Shown here one piece after another: positions 26,613 to 32,000 of a DNA stretch of 32,000 nt. The translations under genes were made by a program, and so were the position numbers. The DNA lies in contig NC_017080.1 of assembly GCF_000284115.1 (NCBI RefSeq), positions 870,001-902,000 on the forward strand, in the 5' to 3' direction. Every line of letters begins with the position of its first letter. Positions within the stretch are counted from its first letter, which is position 1. The notes under the pieces are model-generated. The model worked only from the letters and a program-made list of their open reading frames with translations, was not told where the DNA came from and did no database searches. The stretch is from Phycisphaera mikurensis NBRC 102666 (GTDB taxonomy: Bacteria > Planctomycetota > Phycisphaerae > Phycisphaerales > Phycisphaeraceae).

Positions 26613-27035
26613 TTACGCCGCTCCGGAGGCAGCCGGGGAAGCCGCATCGAGCGCCGGGTCGAGGTTCTGGATCACGTCCACGACGATGCCCGCGGGTCCG
26701 GCGAGCAGGAAGTGGCGCTGGCCCCAGGGCTCGGTCTTCGGCGGCAGCACGACGTCGGCGTCCGGCGGCCCGAGCTCTTCGAAGGCCCGGTCCACGTTCT
26801 CGACCTCGAAGGAGAACACCAGCCCCTCCCGTGCGAAACGCGGGTGGAGGGCGCTCGGCTGAGAGGGGTGGTCGGGCACGAGGAAGCCGAGCTGGGCGCC
26901 GCCCTCGTGCACCAGGTGGAGGTACCAGTCTTCATCGAAAGCGGGCTGAAAGCCGAACTTCGACACGAAGAAGTGCCGGCAGGCGGCCAGCTCGTCGGTC
27001 ACCACCAGCGGGAAGAAGGCCTTGGGCTTGATCAC
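26613..27035 (-). CDS. VOC (glyoxalase/bleomycin resistance) family protein
   Basis: FFPLVVTDELAACRHFFVSKFGFQPAFDEDWYLHLVHEGGAQLGFLVP...LVFSFEVENVDRAFEELGPPDADVVLPPKTEPWGQRHFLLAGPAGIVVDVIQ. GTG start. Confidence 0.88.
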   Translation of the reverse strand: MIKPKAFFPLVVTDELAACRHFFVSKFGFQPAFDEDWYLHLVHEGGAQLGFLVPDHPSQPSALHPRFAREGLVFSFEVENVDRAFEELGPPDADVVLPPKTEPWGQRHFLLAGPAGIVVDVIQNLDPALDAASPAASGAA

Positions 27036-27087
27036 GGCGGGAGGCTACCGCCGAGCGACCAAGGAACCCCGCCGAGGAGGTCCAACG

Positions 27088-27101
27088 CGGGAACGTTCCC
27101 G
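27088..27101. promoter_or_regulatory. Perfect 14-bp palindrome in a divergent intergenic region, possible operator
   Basis: CGGGAACGTTCCCG is self-reverse-complementary and lies between the divergent VOC (27035) and AraC-family (27217) starts. Confidence 0.4.
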
Positions 27102-27216
27102 AGCGGACTGCTGTCGGCGGAAGCCACCGATGATCGTTTTCGGTGCTCGGCGGAGACCCAGGAGAACACGGCACGCCGCGGTCTGTCATCATCGCGGCCG
27201 GAGGTGCCGCCACGCC

Positions 27217-28029
27217 ATGCCCGACGCCATCGAGAACCTGTCCGAGGGCGCGGCTTGGCCGGTGGCGGCGGTCTTCGGATCGGTGACGTATCCCCCGGGC
27301 GGGAGCTACGGGCCGCGGGTTCAGGCGGACGTGCAGCTGGTCGTGGCCGACTCCGGGAGCCTGCGGCTTCAGAGCGACGGGGCGGTGCTGCGGCTCGCGG
27401 CGGGTGAAGTCGTGTGCCAGTGGCCCGGGGCGGTGGAGCACTGGCGCTTCGACGCGGAACGGCCCACCACGCACCGCTGGGTGGCGATGTCGTTCGGGGA
27501 GGGTTCCGCCCCGGCCGTCGGGGCGTGGGCGGCGGAGGCGCCGCGGACGGCGGCGGAGAGCCCGGCGTTGCGGGCGCTGTCCGCGGCGGGGCTCGCGCTG
27601 CGGGGCGATGGGTCCGCGGGCGCGTCGGCGGCGCGGCTCCGCCTCGCGGCGGCGAGCCTCCGCGGCTTCCTCGAGGGCGGCGCGGCCCGCGGCGTCGGAG
27701 CCCACGAGGACGCCCGGCTGCCGCCGGCGCTGCGCGCGATGCAGGCCCACATCGCCGCGCACGCCGCCGAGCCGACGTCGCTTGCCGACCTCGCCTCCGC
27801 CGCGCACGTGACGCCCAGCCACCTCGTCCGCCTCAGCCGCGAGCACCTCGGCGTGACCCCGGTTGCGCTGCTGTGGGAGACCCGCGTCCGCCGCGGGCTC
27901 GACCTGCTGAAGAACACCGGCCTCTCGGTGGCCGAGGTCGCCGACCAGTGCGGCTTCGCGAACCCGTTCCACTTCTCGCGCCGCGTGAAGCGGGCGACGG
28001 GGAAGCCGCCGCGCGCCCTGCGGGGCTGA
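27217..28029 (+). CDS. AraC family transcriptional regulator
   Basis: Probable start MPDAIENLSEGAAWPV at 27217; C-terminal HIAAHAAEPTSLADLASAAHVTPSHLVRLSREHLGVTPVALLWETRVRRGLDLLKNTGLSVAEVADQCGFANPFHFSRRVKRATGKPPRAL is a canonical AraC HTH. Confidence 0.92.
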   Translation: MPDAIENLSEGAAWPVAAVFGSVTYPPGGSYGPRVQADVQLVVADSGSLRLQSDGAVLRLAAGEVVCQWPGAVEHWRFDAERPTTHRWVAMSFGEGSAPAVGAWAAEAPRTAAESPALRALSAAGLALRGDGSAGASAARLRLAAASLRGFLEGGAARGVGAHEDARLPPALRAMQAHIAAHAAEPTSLADLASAAHVTPSHLVRLSREHLGVTPVALLWETRVRRGLDLLKNTGLSVAEVADQCGFANPFHFSRRVKRATGKPPRALRG

Positions 28030-28033
28030 CCGC

Positions 28034-28081
28034 GCCGCGGACCGCCGAACCCTCCGGGCCCAACGCCCCGCGATCCGCGGC
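28034..28081. terminator. GC-rich imperfect inverted repeat after the AraC-family gene
   Basis: GCCGCGGACCG pairs with CGATCCGCGGC with one mismatch, just after the stop at 28029. Confidence 0.4.
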
Positions 28082-28119
28082 CGCTGCACCCCGCCGCCGC
28101 CGCCACCACGCGCCCCGCC

Positions 28120-29283
28120 TCAGCGGACCCAGCTGCGCACCGTCCGCGGGCTGAGGTCGTCGAGCTCGCCGCCGGTGGCGGCGGTGATGCGGTCGAGGTC
28201 CGCGTTGGGGCCGCCGAGCGAGACCACGCTGAAGGTCGGCTTGGAGGGCGCGTCGGTGACGCGGCCGAGCACGTAGTCGGCGGCCTTGTCCCACTCCCGG
28301 CGGCCGGTGATCACGATGACGTGGTCGGGGCGGGCACCCAAGGCCGCGTGGAGGCCGTCGTAGAAGCCCTTCCGGCCGGCCGCGGGCGCCTGCTCCTGCA
28401 GCTTCGCCAGGCTCGCCCGCAGCGCCCGGCCGGGGGCGAGCGGCTGACGCGGCAGCCGCGAGACCTCGCCGTCGTGCACGTAGAAGACGCTGACCTTCTC
28501 GCCGTCGCCGTTGCGGGAGAGCGTCGCGAGCAGCGTCGCGTTGACGTCGTCGATCCAGCCCCGGCTCTGCTCGACGGCGTCGACGAGCACGGCGGTGTGC
28601 CCGGCGATCGGCTGGCGGAGCACCGTGGGGGTGTTCCAGCCCATCGGGTTGTCGGGATCCTCCGGAGCCTCGGCCGGCTTGGCGGGCTCGGGCGTCGCGG
28701 CGACGGCGGGTGCAGCGGCCACCCGGAGCGGGGGCGTCGCGGCGGGCTCGGGCTCGGGCTGGAACAAGGAGCGCCGCTCGGTGGAGGCGTAGGCGGTGGC
28801 GGGGCCGGCCGGCGGGGCCTTGGAGGTGATCATTACGACGATCACCACGCCCAGCGTGAGGATCAGCACGCCCGCGCCGATCGCGCCGGCGAGGATCGCG
28901 GCCTGGTGGCCTCCGCTCCCGCCGCGGGAGCCCCGGTCCTGGAGGCTGATGAGCTGGGTCGGCGCCGCGGCTTCGTGCGGCGGCTGCACGACGTTGAGCG
29001 CCGGGGCGGTGCTGCCGTTGCCGCTGTAGACATCCTGCAGCTGCGTGCCCGAGCGCGACGAGCCACGCGAGGAGCCCGACCGCGAGGATCCCGAGGCCGT
29101 CGACGCGGAGCGTCGCGCGCCCGAGCCCTCCGCGCCCTCCGCGGCGAGGCGGACCGGCATGCGGGCCGCGTCGCTGGGGATGGCCAGCAGCGACTGGCAG
29201 TGCGTGCACCGGCAGGTGAGGCCCTGGTAGGCGGGATCCACCCGCAGCTTGGCGGAACATTTGGGGCAGGCGATGGTGATCAT
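28120..29283 (-). CDS. Zinc-ribbon, single-TM protein with a C-terminal vWA-like domain
   Basis: MITIACPKCSAKLRVDPAYQGLTCRCTHCQSLLAIP; TM AAILAGAIGAGVLILTLGVVIVVMI; TAVLVDAVEQSRGWIDDVNATLLATLSRNGDGEKVSVFYV...FYDGLHAALGARPDHVIVITG. Confidence 0.65.
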   Translation of the reverse strand: MITIACPKCSAKLRVDPAYQGLTCRCTHCQSLLAIPSDAARMPVRLAAEGAEGSGARRSASTASGSSRSGSSRGSSRSGTQLQDVYSGNGSTAPALNVVQPPHEAAAPTQLISLQDRGSRGGSGGHQAAILAGAIGAGVLILTLGVVIVVMITSKAPPAGPATAYASTERRSLFQPEPEPAATPPLRVAAAPAVAATPEPAKPAEAPEDPDNPMGWNTPTVLRQPIAGHTAVLVDAVEQSRGWIDDVNATLLATLSRNGDGEKVSVFYVHDGEVSRLPRQPLAPGRALRASLAKLQEQAPAAGRKGFYDGLHAALGARPDHVIVITGRREWDKAADYVLGRVTDAPSKPTFSVVSLGGPNADLDRITAATGGELDDLSPRTVRSWVR

Positions 29284-29554
29284 GTCGGAGACTCCTGGGC
29301 GGCGGCCCGGGCGGTGATGCGGGCCCCGGAGAAGGCGCACGCACGGGAGGAATCGGCGGAAACGGGCCCGGACTTGCGGGCGCAGCGAGGGGGAAGGTCG
29401 CGCGGGGCGGGTGCGTGGCCGGCGAGGAACCCCGCAAGAGACGATACGGGCGCGGCGCCCGCAAGGGTCGTCGGGGACGGACGTTCGCGGCGGTCGCCGC
29501 CCCGGGTGCCCGCGGCGGTGGCCCGGGGAGCCCGCCGGTCCCGCAGGTGGCCCG

Positions 29555-30703
29555 TCAGCGCGCCTCCTCCGCCGCCGCGAGCGAGCTCCGCCGCCGGTCG
29601 CCGAACCGCATCAGCACGAGGCCGAACTCGAAGAGCAGGTACAGCGGCACCGCCAGCACCATCATGCTGATGATGTCGGTGGGGGTGAGCACGGCACCGA
29701 CGACGAGGCTGCCAAGCAGGGCGTAGCGGCGGCCGGCGGCGAGGATCTCCGGGTCGAAGAGCCCGGTGCGGCCGGCCAGCAGCATCACCACCGGCACCTG
29801 GAAGGCGGCGACGACGCCCAGGCCCATGAACACCGCGAAGCGGATGAACTCGTCGAGCTTGGGCAGCGGCGTCACGAGGCTGCGCGACGAGGTCGCCAGC
29901 TCGCGGACCTCGCCGCCGAGGAACAGCTTGACCTTCCCGTCGCGGCGGTCGACCCAGACGTCGCCGTCGGCGGGCTCGGCCGGCTCGGCGCCGCGGACCG
30001 GGAGCGAGAAGGCGGCGGGGTCGGCCCGGTCCGCGGATCCGGCGGCCGCGGCCGGCGCGGGCGGCTGGGCCCCCGCGGCGAGCCGCGCCGCGGGGGTCCG
30101 CGCGGCCGGATCGGGCAGCGGCACCGGCTCCAAGCCCACGGCCAGCGCGTGGTCCGGCACGCCGTACGCGCGGAGGAAGACGCTCATCACCGGGCCCGGC
30201 GGGCCCGTCTGGGCGGGCGGGTACACCGTCGCGGCGAAGTTCAGGAAGAACAGCAGCGACACCGGCAGCAGGATGAAGTACGTGAAGCCCACGCCCAGCG
30301 CGGTCATGATCGTGCTGAAGGGCGCGAGCACGTACACCGCCCGCCGCTCGTGCTTGTACAGGCCGACCGCGACGAACTGCCAGAGCTGCACGAGGATCCA
30401 CGGCGAGGCGAGGATCAAGGCGCCCACCAGCGTCACCGGCAGGTAGACGCCGGTGAAGCCGGCGGTCGGGTCGGTCACGTAGGTCTGCGGCGGGAACCCG
30501 GTGGCGTCCATCGCCAGCAGCAGCGGGCGGGCGATCCACGCGATCAGCCGCGGCCCGTACCACACGGTGACGCCGAGGGCGATGCCGCAACCCAGCAGCG
30601 CCCTCACCAGCCGCCGGCGCAGCTCGTCGAGGTGGTCGCCCAGGGGCATCGGCGGGTCCTCCGCCTCGGGCGTGGCGGGCGGGAGCTGGTCGAGCGGCGG
30701 CAC
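29555..30703 (-). CDS. tatC: Sec-independent protein translocase subunit TatC, with an enlarged second periplasmic loop
   Basis: MPLGDHLDELRRRLVRALLGCGIALGV, YKHERRAVYVLAPFSTIMTALGVGFTYFILLPVSLLFFLNFA, LDEFIRFAVFMGLGVVAAFQVPVVMLLAGRTGLF, RRYALLGSLVVGAVLTPTDIISMMVLAVPLYLLFEFGL. Confidence 0.92.
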   Translation of the reverse strand: MPPLDQLPPATPEAEDPPMPLGDHLDELRRRLVRALLGCGIALGVTVWYGPRLIAWIARPLLLAMDATGFPPQTYVTDPTAGFTGVYLPVTLVGALILASPWILVQLWQFVAVGLYKHERRAVYVLAPFSTIMTALGVGFTYFILLPVSLLFFLNFAATVYPPAQTGPPGPVMSVFLRAYGVPDHALAVGLEPVPLPDPAARTPAARLAAGAQPPAPAAAAGSADRADPAAFSLPVRGAEPAEPADGDVWVDRRDGKVKLFLGGEVRELATSSRSLVTPLPKLDEFIRFAVFMGLGVVAAFQVPVVMLLAGRTGLFDPEILAAGRRYALLGSLVVGAVLTPTDIISMMVLAVPLYLLFEFGLVLMRFGDRRRSSLAAAEEAR

Positions 30704-30865
30704 AGGGCTGTTTTAGTGCGCCGTGCGCAATCTCCTGACTGCCTCTGCGGGCGGGGCGCGCCCCTCGCCGCGTCGGCTGCACCGCACTGCGGGGGCGGGG
30801 CGGCTTCGCCACCTCGCGATCGACACGTCCCGCGCCCGCCGGCCCGGCGCCTTCTAGCGTCCGCC

Positions 30866-32000
30866 ATGCACAGCACCAACGGACGCACCCGGAGCGTTTG
30901 GGCGGCCCCGCGCGGCGAGGGTGCGGGCCAGGATCCGCCGCTGGGCGAGAGCCAGAGCGCGGACGTGGTGGTGGTGGGCGCGGGCATCGCCGGCGTCACC
31001 ACCGCCTGCCTGCTCGCGGCGGAGGGCAAGAGCGTCGTGGTGCTCGACGACGGCCCCGCCTTCGGCGGCGAGAGCCTCCGGACGACCGGGCACCTCAACG
31101 ACTACCCCGACGACGGTCTCCGGGAGATCGAGAGCCACCACGGCACCGAGGGCCTCAAGGCCTGCGTCGACAGCTTCGCCTTCGCGCTGCGAACCATCGA
31201 GCGGCTCGCCGCCGAGGCCGGCGTGCCCGACGCGGTGCGGCGAATCCCGGCTTACCTGGTCGTGGTGGACGACGGCCGAAGCCAGAATTACCTCGCCGAG
31301 GAGCTGCACGCCGCCGAGCGGATCGGCTACCCGCTCGAGGCCGTGCACCGCGCCCCCACGCCCGCCGGGCCCGACGGCCGCGCCCTGCGGATGGACCGCC
31401 AGGGCCGACTCGACGCGGCCGCCTACTTCCCGGCGCTGCTCACGCTCGCGCGCGAACGGGGCGTGAAGCTCTACCCGGGCACCCGCGTCGCGGACATGCG
31501 GGCGCAGACCGGCGACGGCGGCGAGCCCGACCGCGGCGGCACCTGGGTGGAGACCCGCGACGGCCACCGCGTGAACGCCGACTGGATCGTCACCGCCACC
31601 AACTCGCCGGTGAACCCGAGCCTCGCCGATCTCGCCGCGATCCACGCCCGCCAGGCCGGCTACATGACCTACGCGGTCGCGCTCGACGCCGCGGGGGCGG
31701 GCGTCGAGGACGCCCAGTTCTCCGACACGCGTGAGCCGTACCGCTACGCCCGACGCGCGGAACTCGGCGGCCGCGAGGTGCTCATCGCCGGCGGCGAGGA
31801 CCACAAGGTCGGTCAGGACCAGGACCAGGACCAGGACCCCGAGCCGGGCCGCACCGGCGGGGAGAGATTCGACCGCCTCGAGGCCTGGGCCCGCTCGTGG
31901 TGGCCGGGGCTCGGCGAGCGGACGCACGCCTGGAGCGGGCAGGTCTTCGAGCCCGTCGACGGCGTCGGCTTCGTCGGCCGCAACCCCGGCAGCGCCGAGA
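30866..32000 (+). CDS. FAD-dependent oxidoreductase (DAO-like), 3' partial; absent from the supplied ORF track
   Basis: Manual translation from ATG 30866: MHSTNGRTRSVWAAPRGEGAGQDPPLGESQSADVVVVGAGIAGVTTACLLAAEGKSVVVLDDGPAFGGESLRTTGHLNDYPDDG...; no stop before the window end. GxGxxG Rossmann motif. Confidence 0.85.
   Translation, partial: MHSTNGRTRSVWAAPRGEGAGQDPPLGESQSADVVVVGAGIAGVTTACLLAAEGKSVVVLDDGPAFGGESLRTTGHLNDYPDDGLREIESHHGTEGLKACVDSFAFALRTIERLAAEAGVPDAVRRIPAYLVVVDDGRSQNYLAEELHAAERIGYPLEAVHRAPTPAGPDGRALRMDRQGRLDAAAYFPALLTLARERGVKLYPGTRVADMRAQTGDGGEPDRGGTWVETRDGHRVNADWIVTATNSPVNPSLADLAAIHARQAGYMTYAVALDAAGAGVEDAQFSDTREPYRYARRAELGGREVLIAGGEDHKVGQDQDQDQDPEPGRTGGERFDRLEAWARSWWPGLGERTHAWSGQVFEPVDGVGFVGRNPGSAE
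31814..31837 (+). repeat. In-frame (CAGGAC)4 hexanucleotide microsatellite encoding (Gln-Asp)4
   Basis: caggaccaggaccaggaccaggac inside the oxidoreductase reading frame. Confidence 0.85.

Noticed and set aside
25875-27407. 510-aa plus-strand ORF with repeated QTERRRRSALSASLAALAAW
   Set aside because: Created by the ~107-bp DNA array; the 107-bp period moves the unit through different frames, and the ORF then runs antisense through the VOC gene.
1-32000. rRNA, tRNA, integrase, phage or transposase genes
   Set aside because: None recognised by inspection; tRNAscan-SE and Infernal/Rfam runs would be needed to exclude small RNAs.

Overview
High-GC, gene-dense bacterial chromosomal DNA. The protein families and the Planctomycetes-style CPxCGY-LRG...CPECG zinc ribbons suggest a Phycisphaerae/Planctomycetes origin (inference). 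From left to right the window contains: the 3' part of a giant DUF11-type modular surface protein; a GAF-like/HlyD adaptor that overlaps (ATGA) a PqqD-like/M50/HlyD fusion; a convergent small HlyD-type adaptor; a YflT-like protein; a WYL regulator; a possibly 3'-truncated kinase-like gene abutting a three-copy repeat with inverted termini; a GT2; two overlapping PlsC-type acyltransferases; a zinc-ribbon membrane protein; an O-antigen-ligase-like protein; PIN-PhoH; DprA; a PhyH-type dioxygenase; a ~107-bp palindrome-rich tandem array; divergent VOC and AraC genes; a zinc-ribbon/vWA-like protein; a TatC with a large loop insertion; and a 5' partial FAD oxidoreductase that the ORF track misses. 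The most interesting candidates are (1) the ABC-less locus of giant surface protein plus HlyD and M50-HlyD genes, (2) the 107-bp array with three odd palindromes per unit, (3) a shared CCGCGGACCG...CGGTCCGCGG hairpin family at five gene ends, and (4) the repeat next to the truncated kinase-like ORF. No CRISPR, rRNA, tRNA or transposase was recognised.
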